NCBI RefSeq assembly: GCF_009914755.1
Contig: NC_060930.1
Direction: 5' to 3' (one strand)
Length of the DNA: 64,000 nt
DNA from: the human T2T-CHM13v2.0 reference genome, Homo sapiens
The number at the start of each line of letters is the position of its first letter. The stretch's first letter is position 1. Positions 53,013 through 64,000 of this stretch are shown here, one piece after another. A program made the translations under genes and the position numbers. The notes beneath the pieces are model-generated. The model was given only the letters and a program-made list of their open reading frames with translations, was not told where the DNA came from and did no database searches.

Positions 53013-55267
53013 GGTTTGGCTCTGTGTCCCCACCCAAATCTCAGTTTGAATTCTACTTCCTTAATTCCCATATGTTGTGGCAGGGACCTGGTGGGAGATA
53101 ATTGAACCATGGAAGTGGGTCTTTGCCATGCTCTTCTCATGATAGTGAGATCTGATAGCTTTAAAAATGGGAGTTTCCCTGCACAGGCTCTCTTTTTGCC
53201 TGCTGCCATCCATGTAAAACTTGACTTGCTCCTCTTTGCCTTCTGCCATGATTATGAGGCCTCCCAGCCACGTGGAACTGTTAAGTCTGTTAAATCTCTT
53301 TTTCTTCCCAGTCTCAGGTATGTCTTTATCAGCAGCATAAAAATGGACTAATAAAGTAAATTGGTACCAGTAGGGTGGGGCATTGCTGAAAAGATATCCA
53401 AAAATGTGGAAGCAACTGTGGAACTGGGTAAGAGGGAGAGGTTGAACAGTTTAGAGGGCACAGAAGAAGACAGGAAAATGTGGGAAAATTTGGAACTCCC
53501 TAGAAACTTATTGAATGGCTTTGACCCAAATGCTGATGGTATGGTCAATGAAATACAGTCTGAGATGATCTCAGATGGAGATGGGGAAACTTGTTGAGAG
53601 CTGGAGCAAAGGTCACTCTTGCTATGTTTTAGCAAAGAGACTGGCAGCATTTTTCCCCTGCCCTAGAGATTTGTGGAATTTTGAACTTGAGAGAGATGAT
53701 TTAGGGTATCTGATGAAAGAAATTTCTAAGCAACAAAGCATTTAAGAAGTGACTTGGGTGCTGTTAAAGGCATTCAGTTTTAAAAGGGAAACAGAGCATA
53801 AAAGTTTGGAAAATTTGCAGCCTGACAATGTGATAGAAAACCAAGTCTCATTTTCTGAGAAATTCAAGCCAGCTGCAGAAATTTGCATAAGTAATAAACA
53901 GCTGAATGTTAATACCCAAGACAATGGAGAAAATGTCTTTAGGGCGTGTCAGAGCCTTTTCCAGCAGACCCTGCCATCAGCCCAGAGGTTTAGGAAGGAA
54001 AAATGGTTTCATGGGATGGGCCCAGGGTCCCAATGCTGTTTGCAGTCTAGGGACTTGGTGCCCTATGTCCCAGCCACTCCAGTCATGACTACAAGGGGCC
54101 AAAATACAGCTCCAGCTGTTGCTTCAGAGGGTGGAAGCCCCAGTCCTCAGAAGCTTCATGCGGGTGCACCGAAGTTAAGAACTGGAGTTTGGGAATCTCT
54201 GCCTAGATGGCAGATGATGTTTGGAAATGCCTGGATGTTCAGGCAGAAGTTTGCTGCAGGGGCAGGGCTCTCATGGAGAACCTGTTCTAGGGCAGTGTAG
54301 AAGGGAAATGTAAGGTTGGAGACCCCACACAGAGTCCCTACTGGGGCACCTCCTAGTGGAGCTGTGAGAAGGGGGCCACTGTCCTCCAGACCCCACAATG
54401 GTAGATCCACTGGCAGCTTGCGCTCTGCATCTGGAAAAGACACAGACACTCAGTGCCAGACAGTGAAAGCAGCTGAGAGGGAGGCTATACCCTGCAAAAC
54501 TGCAGGGGCAGAGCTACCCAAGACCGTGGGAACCCACCTCTTGCATCAGCATGACCTGGATGTGAGACACGGTGTCAAAGGAAATCATTTTGGAGCTTTA
54601 AGGTTTAATGGCCCTGCTGGATGTTGGACTTGCATGGGGCCTGTAGCCCCTTTGTTTTGACCAATCTCCCATTTGGAATGGGTGTATTTACCCAATGCCT
54701 GCATCCCCATTGTATCTAGGAAGTAACTAACTTGCTTTTGATTTTACAGGCTCATAGGCGGAGGAAGGGACTTTCCTTGTCTCAGATAAGACTTTAGACT
54801 GTCAACTTTTGAGCTAATGCTGAAATGAATTAAGACTTTGGGGGACTGTTGAGAAGGAATGATTGGTTTTGAAATGTAAAGACATGAGATTTGGGAGGGA
54901 CCTGGGGTGGAATTATATGGTTTGGTTCTGTGTCCCCACCCAAATCTTATCTTGAATTGTACTCCCATAATTCCCACGTGTCATGGGAGGGACTTGGTAG
55001 GAGATAATTGAATCATGGGGTGGGTCTTTCCCATGCTGTTCTTGTGATAGTGAATAAGTCTTACGAAATCTGATGTTTTAAAAATGGGAGTTTCCCTGCA
55101 CAAGCTCTCTTTTTGCTTTCCACCATAAGACTTGACTTTACTCCACCTTGCCTTCTGCCATGATTGCGAGGCCTCCCCAGCCACATGGAACTGTAAGTTC
55201 ATTAAACCTCTTTTTCTTCCCAGTCTCATGTATGTCTTTTTCAGCAGTGTGAAAATGGACTAATATT
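53011..55267 (+). mobile_element. THE1A/B-type MaLR provirus: LTR ~53011-53355, internal 53356-54912, LTR 54913-55267
   Basis: Two homologous LTRs (GGTTTGG.TCTGTGTCCCCACCCAAATCT...AAAATGGACTAATA); THE1-int starts GTAAATTGGTACCAG; PPT before 54913; termini degraded and TSD not recognisable. Confidence 0.95.
55005..55015 (+). promoter_or_regulatory. DUX4-type motif TAATTGAATCA in THE1 3' LTR
   Basis: Exact motif present; the 5' LTR copy is mutated (TAATTGAACCA). Confidence 0.5.
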
Positions 55268-58134
55268 TATGTACATTTTTTCTAGATATATACTTCTTTA
55301 TATAAATATACATATATATATATACTTGCACATATAAGTATATATCTAAAAAGAATATTCAAAAACATAGAAAAGACATTTATTCTTTTCTTAATTAGAC
55401 CCTGTCTTCTCTATCTTCTTCTTTTAACCTTTATATGTGATTACAATACAACATTTTGGATATTCAGAATTTTAAACTCCGTTCTTGTAGGCACATCTGA
55501 CTTACACAAGATCTCACAAACTTTTTAAGAATCGATCGACATTCAAATATTTTCTGCCCATTCTCTGCCTAATTTCTCAACTTATCACTAGGCATGCCAA
55601 CCACGGGGATTCTAATTTCCCAGCCTTTTCTAAGCTTTCTTGTGACCCAGCTCATTCTCTGGGTAAAACTGACTAGACTTCACTGGGCAAATAGTTAAAG
55701 GCTGTTTAATCTATGGATTGATCAGCAACTTATAAAATTACTTGATTAGAAAAGGTTTGCTAGATGAACTAGAAAAGGCCAAGTGAATGAAACAGTAATT
55801 AGCAGGAACTGAAATTAAAGGAAACAGAGAGAGAAGAACCTGGACAGAGAACAAGCCATGAAAGATCATGATGAGCCTACATGTTAAAGAATAAAAAATG
55901 ATAAATAGCAGAATCTTTGAGGTAAAGAACAGTATATAGATTCGATTGAAAAAATGAGCTAATTGTACTGAAAGAAGTGAGTAGATCCTTAGAGAGAAAC
56001 AGAGGCACAATGCAAAAGAAACTATGTGACACCCAAGACAAGAAACAAATCTTTAATCTAAGTCTGTCTCTATGTTATCCCCCCACTTTCCTGATTGAAT
56101 CTGTGTATTTTGCTCTCAAATTTGCTTACGTAAAATATGCCCCAATAGAACCATCAATCTGCATCAATTTGCCATCACTGGCAAAATGGCATTATTTTTG
56201 AGGAAAAAAAAATGATCTTGGTTTGAGGGGATTTGGACAACTATTTTCCAGTATATTCTGTTACTCACAGTGCTTGTGTTAGTCTTCTAAACTAAACTTT
56301 TTACATTGCACCAATGTAAAAAGCCATATAAACCCCCCAACCTTGTAAGTAATTTATGAAAACTTATGTTATTCGGTAAAAACAAGGTAATTGCAACCCT
56401 TATATGCTGATTCCTCAGAGCAGGGAAACATAGGAAATAGACTTGGTGGCAGCTTTCAGTAGGAAAGGAGAGAATTCTGAGTTGCTGGGGGTACAATGGG
56501 AACCAGTCTGGGCCTGAGAAATAATTATTTGGGCTACAGTTGGATGACCTATGAGCTACCATCATATTACCACAACAATCAAAATTTTGTATTATATATT
56601 GCCTATTGGATTGTAATATTCATACTCTACATGATCTCCTTAGGTTAATTTTAAAAGACAAAGTTACCTTTTAGAGAAAAAAAAAAACAGAAGTTCACTC
56701 TATATGTGAATTTTACTTCTTGATAATTCTTTACAAACCATAATTATATTCTATCATAACATTTTCTGCACTAGCATTGAAATGCAATTGGCTGTCGCCA
56801 TTGCTTGCCCCTTTAGCAAGTTGGTGAGTTTTGCTCTTTCCCACCTGTGTATCCAGGTGTCCCAGCTCAGTTCCCTATGGTGAGCCCTGATGGTGACAGT
56901 GATGCTGCCAAAGCAAGATAACTAAAATCTTGTCTGCAAACCATCTTCCCATTCCATGTCTTTGGAAGGGAGCTGGGATTATGCTTGGTCCTTTTCCTTG
57001 TCTTCCTTTCCTCAAATTCACTCTCACATTTAAGAAAACATGGTGAAAATGTGCCCACATAAGGCATCTTGACTCTTCAAACTTTAAGATATGTTATACA
57101 TTGATGACATATAGATGTATTTCTTTATGCTTTCAGGACCTTTGTAATATGTGACTCATTTTTATGTGATGTCTACTAGGGACATTACATAACATGTGAT
57201 GTCTAGAGAAAGAATGGGATTCTTCAAAAATTCTGCAGTAACAAGAATGAAATCTTCTAAAGCTTACCTGTCAATATGCTAGGTTATGTGTGATCACTAT
57301 ACTATACGAACATTCCAAAATCTTACAGATAGCATGACCATTTATCTGTGTTTTTATAATGTTTTCCCCCATTAGTAATCAACCCATGTTTGCTTTTGAG
57401 TGATTAGTTCTCAATATTATCCACCTGCTCGTCTATGCTGTAGGCTTTGTAGATCATTCCCTTCTTCAACATTATCCTGAAATTTAGTCCTTGGATCTAT
57501 GTACCTCAGACATTTATCAAGGCACCCCAATTCTCTCACTTTCCAGCTCTTTCTGTTGTCTAGTTATTTACTCTTGGAAGTCTTTGCAGACTTACTTTTC
57601 AGCATCAAGATTGTCTTACCATTTTTGTCTCTAAAGCATCATTGAATCTGAACATGACACTTCAATGCTACAGTTCCTAAAATTTTATTTCTTCCTCCAT
57701 TTATGCAATTTTTCCTAAAATACTATTTCTTTCACAGTCATTTCCAGGAAAATAATCTAATTCAACATAAACTTTATGAATAATCCATTTGGATCCCACA
57801 CTATGCTAGTTGTACCTTAAACACACTGTAAAAGACCTTATTGGTGGTGTCCAGTAGGGAGAAAAGAATAATTCCAAGTGAAACCACTAGGGAGCTCAAT
57901 TAGGGCACATTTTCAAGTGCTAAATTCTAGTATGCATACAATATGCTCTTTATAAATATAGAAACCATATTCTTATTTATCTCTTCCTATTTAGCCAATT
58001 GCCCATCATGGTCCTAGGATTACAACCACCATACTATATAGGATTTAATGCTTGTCTCTGTATGTACTGATAAAATATTATCCATTAACATACTTTATGT
58101 TCAATTTTATTACATATTTTTCTTCATCCTCCAT

Positions 58135-58288
58135 CGGTGTTGTCTACTTGGGATTTTAAGCTTATGTAGGATCTGGCCATGTAGGATTTACTAACTGCAC
58201 AATCAGCTCAGTAGCCTCCCACAGATTCTAAATAATATTCTAAAACTAACAAAAAAGTTGTATCGATACTTTGTTGATTAAATGAATA
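58135..58288 (+). mobile_element. L2 3' end fragment
   Basis: GATTTTAAGCTT...GGCCATGT...CGATACTTTGTTGATTAAATGAAT. Confidence 0.5.
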
Positions 58289-58978
58289 GTGCGAAGTTTT
58301 CCTCCCAAGTGCAGTGTGTATTTTTATACTTCTTCTAAGCTATAAGTTTCATTAACTTCAAGAACAGTAGTTCCCCTAGTAGTGCCAATTTTTCCATCAA
58401 GCAACTTAATAAGGTATAGTTGTAATGCTGGCTACCATTCAGATGGTGACAGGTGGCAGAGAAAACACACAATGGAATTTTCCATCTGTCTCCTACTTTC
58501 TGGCCAAAGCTTAAGGGACAGAGTATGATTTGTTCTATAATCTTCACTTACTTCTTTTCATCTACACACCAATAAAAATAAGTATACTTTAGCTTATGGA
58601 GGTTTACAGATCTTGAAGGTCAAAACCATGTGCTTCATCTATCTTCACTTTTTGGAAAAAGTACATTTGTTTATTCCATATGAAAGCTGAATTCTGGCTT
58701 AGAATTTCACCCCTTTTCTATGGAAAACATCTTACCTTCCAAAAGCTTTACAATAATCTGAATTCATGTCTCCATACAGAGTAATAAACATAAAGAAGAT
58801 GGTATACATCCTATTTATTGAATTGCTGAATGCATTAAAGACAACATCACTTCATTTTATTAATAGTTTTGTAAAGTTTAGATTTTGGTGGTATTCATTA
58901 TGAAAGTAAGATTATAATACTAATAAGGAACATAACTTATGACAGATGGAGAGCTGCAGCTTTAAATTTTGCATATGA

Positions 58979-59345
<367 letters not shown>

Positions 59346-59719
59346 TAGTTTTTATTTTTTTTTCTATTTAATTTTTCATGATTCTTTTTATATAGCCTGT
59401 TCTGTGCCATTATAATGCAGTAAAGTTTAAAAACCATAACAGAGGCAGAAAATATGTAGTTATAAAATGTTTCTAGGGAAATTGCTGTCCTTTTCCTCTC
59501 ACTGAGGTCTTGAGTGGCATTCTTGGATAACATCTAGTAAAGACTATATTTTAATATGTTTAAATTTAAGTGACTATCTGAGTGAATGGGTTAACTCTAT
59601 TAAATCCATTTTTCTCAACAATTATTAAATAATGTAAACAAGGCAGTATGCTATGTGATATGTAATAAAGTATATGTCTTTTTTAAGAAGCTTATAATGT
59701 AGCATGAAAGAATTAAAAT

Positions 59720-61960
59720 ATAGATTGTGCTGTAATCAAAAGGAGTGTACAATGAATGCAATGACAATGGAACATGTATTCTCTCAAAGTCAAAACAAGC
59801 AGAGGTCACGTGTGGGTCGGAGCCCATACACTTGAGGAAGGCATTGTAATATTGATGGAAGTGGCATCGCTGTAGAAAGGGCAGAGGATGGTCCAAGTTG
59901 TGGGAACAATATGAGTGATGATATTGAGTATGGATAGCACTGAATTTTTCAATGATCTGTAGGTCTAAAAATGTTTCTAGAATGAAGGATGTGAATAAAG
60001 AAATAATGCAAATGAGGCCAGAACAGTAAATTGGAGTTAAACTATGTGTCAATGTTTCCCAAATCTGAATGCTCAGAGTGATCATCTGGAAAGCTTATTA
60101 AATATCCAGATTCCTTGGTTTTGTCTAAGGCAACTGTATTTTAACAATCTGGTTTGGGCAGGGCTAGTATAAAAGGCAACTCGGATGGTGGTAAACATAG
60201 ATGCTTCCATGTGAAAGGTTTTGAGAGATTTTGAACACTAGGGAGAAGAAGAAAAACCTGTCTTTAGTTTGGTAAACAATAGGAAGACACTAAAGGTATT
60301 GGAAAAGATTAATAAGATGTTAAGAGAAGAGTGCTTTTAAAAGATTCCTCTGATGTGGAGAAAGACAGGTTGTGGCACTGAAAATGCAATGTAAAAAAAG
60401 GAACATATAAAATATTGCACACATTGAATTCTTCAGTTTTGGCAAGAAGTTGGGTGTGTGGGATCAAGGAAAATTAAGATTCTGGATAATTCACATAAGT
60501 ATTCTAGTTTAATCAAGGGAACCGACGATCATTGAGACATACTATGGAAAGACAAAAGTTCAAATGTGTGAACTCTGACAATACCGACATCAGAAAATAG
60601 GAAAGAATAGTCTGTAAAGAAGCAGATATAAATCTAGTAGAATCAGCAGGTGAGTGCATATTGTGGAAATAGGTCATAGAATTTAGGAAACTTGCATATA
60701 ACTGGCAACGTGAACTACCACAGAACAATTGAGGAAGGAGGGACTTGGAAAAGTTAGATAATACTGTTCTGGAAGCCAGTAATGGCTCTAGGGATAACTT
60801 TTTTTTGTTGTTTTTGTTTTTGTTTTTTTTGAGAGAGAGAGCCTGAAACAGAGGATCTGGAATTTATCAAGAAATGAGTGGCTAGTTAGTAAGCAGGGGC
60901 AATAGAAAACATTTCTCTTTTGTTTAATTTTGTTATACAAAGGAATGATAGGACAAGAAATTAACAAAGTGTTAGTGAGAGAAAGTATAATTGAAAGAAC
61001 TGTACTCAAGAAGATTAGTGTGAATGATTTGTGTATTTGTGTGTTGGTATGTGTATGTATTTTAAGAACAGCTTTCCAGTGAAGTATAGCATTCACAAGG
61101 TAGTAAGAATATTCTTCCTCAGAAACAGGAGTGAGTGAAGAAAGGAAATAAAAATACTAGGAAAGTGTAGTAAAATGCATTAAGCATTATGGTCCTTGAT
61201 GGCCAGTATAGCAATATCTTGAATGTATGAGGCAAGAAGAGGATTCTTAGATAACCCTGGTATTTTCAGCTTGATAACCAACTGAAAGGTAATGCTATGA
61301 TAGGGAGCACAGAAGAGCAGTTACACTGAGGAGAAAGATGATAGAAAGATGATGTGATTTCTTTGAGTGGAGGGGTTTTTGAGGTGTCATGAGGGCATCC
61401 ATAAGATGTGGTCAGAGGATAATTAAATGTATAGCACAAGAGAACTAACACGATGCAGAGACTTATTTAGGAAAGTCATTTTCAAAGAAGTGAGAGTTGA
61501 AGCTGTGGAATAAGATAAAACAGAACAAATGATAGAGTAGGGAAAAAAGGGTTGGGAGTTCAGCACCACCTCATCATTTTTCTGACATCTGAGGGGGTAG
61601 ATGGATAAAGGTTAGCCAGGGGGGAAGAAAAACAGGAAGGAGCAGGAATAGCGAAAAGGGAATCCTGGAAATATGTGAGACAAAATTGAGAGACGGGAGC
61701 TTTCAAGATGACAGTTTTGAATTAAGAATAAAAGAAAAATTAAAAATATATAATCTTATACTTTTTAATGTTCTTGGCTGCTTTCATGAAAGCTATTTTA
61801 ATAAAGTAGGAAAAAGAGAAACAAGGCTAAAATAGGTTGAAGGATTTCAGACAAGTAGGAAATGTGGGAGCCAGTAATATACACTATTTTTGAAATGTTG
61901 TGGAAAAATAGAAGTCACATTCTTAGAGGCTAACATATAAAAGGAGGTTTTTAAATATAA
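59720..61960 (-). mobile_element. Highly decayed L2 fragments
   Basis: Purine-rich antisense L2 motifs (AATAGGAAGACACTAAAGG, GTGCTTTTAAAAGATT, TTTGAGGTGTC..GGGCATCCA, TTGAAGCTGTGGAA); boundaries approximate. Confidence 0.6.
60050..60160. mobile_element. MER5-type fragment
   Basis: AATGTTTCCCAAA...ATCATCTGGAAAGCTTATTAAATATCCAGATTCC...CTGTATTTTAACAA. Confidence 0.55.
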
Positions 61961-61989
61961 AAGCAATAGAAGTTAAAATATAGCTTGGA

Positions 61990-64000
61990 AAACAGGATGA
62001 CTGAATAGGAACAGCTCCTGTCTGCAGCTCCCAGCGAGATCAACACAGAAGGCGGGTGATTTCTGCATTTGCAGCTAAGGTACCCACCTCATCTCATTGG
62101 GACTGGTTAGACAGTGGGTGCAGCCCAAGCTTCATAAGCAAAGGAGAAATAAAATCCTTTAGAGACAAGCAAATGCTGAGATATTTTGTCACCACCAGGC
62201 CTGCCTTACAAGAGCTCCTGAAGGAAGCACTAAATATGGAAAGGAAAAACTGGGACCAGCCACTGCAAAAATATACCAAATTGTAAAGACCGTTGACACT
62301 ATGAAGAAACTGCATCAACAAATTGGCAAAATAACCAGCTAGCATCATAATGACAGGAACAAATTCACACATAACAATATTAACTTTAAATGTAAATGGG
62401 CTAAATGCACAACTAGCAAATTGTATAAAGAGTCAAGACCCATTGGTGTGCTGTATTAGGAGACCCATCTCACATGCAAAGACACACATAGGCTCAAAAT
62501 AAAGGGATGGAGGAATATTTACCAAGCAAAAACAAAAAAAAGCAGGAGTTGCAATCCTAGTCTCTGATAAAACAGACTTTAAACCAACAAAGATAAAAAA
62601 AGGAAGGGCATTACATAATGATAAAGTATCAATGCAACAGGAAGAGCGAACTATCATAAATATATATGCACCCAATACAGGAGCAACCAGATTCATAAAG
62701 CAAGTTATTAGAGATGTACAAAGAGCCTTAGACTCCCACACAATAATAGTGGCAGGATCCCACTGTCAATATTAGACAGATCAATGAGACAGGAAATTAA
62801 CAGCGATATTCGGGAGTTGAATTCAGTTCTGAACCAAGCAGACCTAATAGACATCTATAGAACTCTCCTCCCCAAATTAACAGAATATACATTCTTCTCA
62901 GCACCACGTCACACTTATTCTAAAATTGGCCACATAATTGGAAGTAAAACACTCTTCAGCAAATGAAAAAGAACGAAAATCATAACAAACAGTCTCTCAG
63001 ACCACAGTGCAATCAAATTAGAACTCAGGATTAAGAAACTCACTCAACACCACACAACTACATGGAAACTGAACAACCTGCTCCTGAATGACTACTGGGT
63101 AAATAATGAAATTAAGGCAGAAATAAAGATGTTCTTTGAAACCAATGAGAACAAAGACACAATGTACTAGAATCTCTGGGACACAGTTAAAGCAGTGTTT
63201 AGAGGGAAATTTATAGCACTAAATGCCCACTGGAGAAAGCGGGAAAGATCTAAAATCGACATCCTACCATCACAATTAAAAGAACTAGAGCAGCAAGGCA
63301 AACAAATTCAAAAGCTAGCAGAAAACAAGAAATAACTAAGATCAGAGCAGAACTGAAAGAGATATAGACACGAAAACACCTTCAAAAAATCAATGAATCC
63401 AGGAGCTGGTTTTTTGAAAGGATTGAAAAAATAGATAGACCACTAGCCAGACTAATAAAGAAGAAAAGAAAGAAGAATCAAATAGGCACAATAAAAATTG
63501 ATAAAGGGGATATCACTACTGATCCCATAGAAATACAAACTACCATCAGAGAATACTGTAAACAACTCTATGCAAATAAACTAGAAAATCTAGAAGAAAT
63601 GGATAAATTCCTGGACACATACACCCTCCCAAGATTAAACCAGGAAGAAGTCAAATCCCTAAATAGACCAATAACAAGTTCTAAAATTGAGGCAGTAATT
63701 AATAGCCTATTAACCAAAAAAAGCACTGGACCAGACAGATTCACAGCCAAATTCTACCAGAGGTACAAAGAGAAGCTGGTACCATTCCTTCTGAAACTAT
63801 TCCAAACATTAGAAAAACAGAGACTCCTCCCTAACTCATTTTATGAGGCCAGCATTATCCTGATATCAAAACCCGGTAGAGACACAACAAAAAAAGAAAA
63901 TTTCAAGCCAATATCCCTGATGATCATCAGTGCAAAAATCCTCAATAAAATACTGGCAAACCAAATCCAGCAGCACATCAAAAAGCTTACCCACCATGAT
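61990..64000 (+). mobile_element. L1PA7-like element with intact 5' start but large internal deletion; continues past the window end
   Basis: 5'UTR start (GAATAGGAACAGCTCC.GTCTGCAGCTCCCAGCGAGATCAAC) is joined at 62127/62128 to the ORF1 3' end (stop at 62284-62286), then spacer and ORF2 ATG at 62350. Confidence 0.93.
62350..64000 (+). pseudogene. Disrupted L1 ORF2 (endonuclease domain into the start of the RT region)
   Basis: MTGTNSHITILTLNVNGLNA start; small deletion and frameshift within ~40 codons; fragment DLIDIYRTL...YTFFSAPRHTYSKIGHIIGSK; several stops. Confidence 0.9.

Noticed and set aside
56780-56890. Tiny exon candidates (CAAGTTG|GTGAGT; 23-nt ...CTATG|GTGAGC) and an NFI-like site
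   Set aside because: Neither exon is frame-preserving, the NFI half-site spacing is wrong, and they are indistinguishable from chance matches.
59651-60085. 144-aa minus-strand ORF
   Set aside because: It lies in decayed L2/MER5 sequence, with no domain or splice context.
62080-62200. Spliced integrated retrotransposed element (SpIRE)
   Set aside because: The 5'UTR donor (62080) and ORF1 acceptor (62198) are both still present, and the junction at 62127/62128 does not follow GT-AG.

Overview
This is AT-rich, repeat-dense, non-coding primate genomic DNA, not a prokaryotic accessory region. AluY, an L1PA2-like 3' end and THE1/MST elements point to a hominoid, most likely human. It could be intergenic or deep in a long intron, and I could not identify the locus. 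I found no recognisable host coding exon, RNA gene or CRISPR array. Almost all ORFs in the track come from repeats or low-complexity sequence, and many use GTG/TTG starts. The window contains two near-complete THE1 (MaLR) proviruses in opposite orientation and solo LTRs (MLT1A x3 including a nested antisense pair, MSTA-type x2, MER52, MLT2). It also holds about 10 Alus, L1 fragments of many ages, HAL1, L2/MIR relics, DNA transposon fossils (Tigger1, MER5, MER63, MER82) and microsatellites. I see no evidence for a novel biological system. The best leads are structural or regulatory: an L1PA7-like element whose 5'UTR start is fused to the end of ORF1; a nested antisense MLT1A pair forming a long fold-back; THE1 LTRs with intact DUX4-type motifs and a perfect splice donor; a 169-bp pure-purine expansion inside an AluJ linker; tandem palindromes at 10.9 kb; an old local duplication of an L1 5' end; and a few weak microexon or enhancer candidates. 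Subfamily names come from recalled consensus sequences and boundaries of old repeats are approximate, so confirm with RepeatMasker/Dfam.
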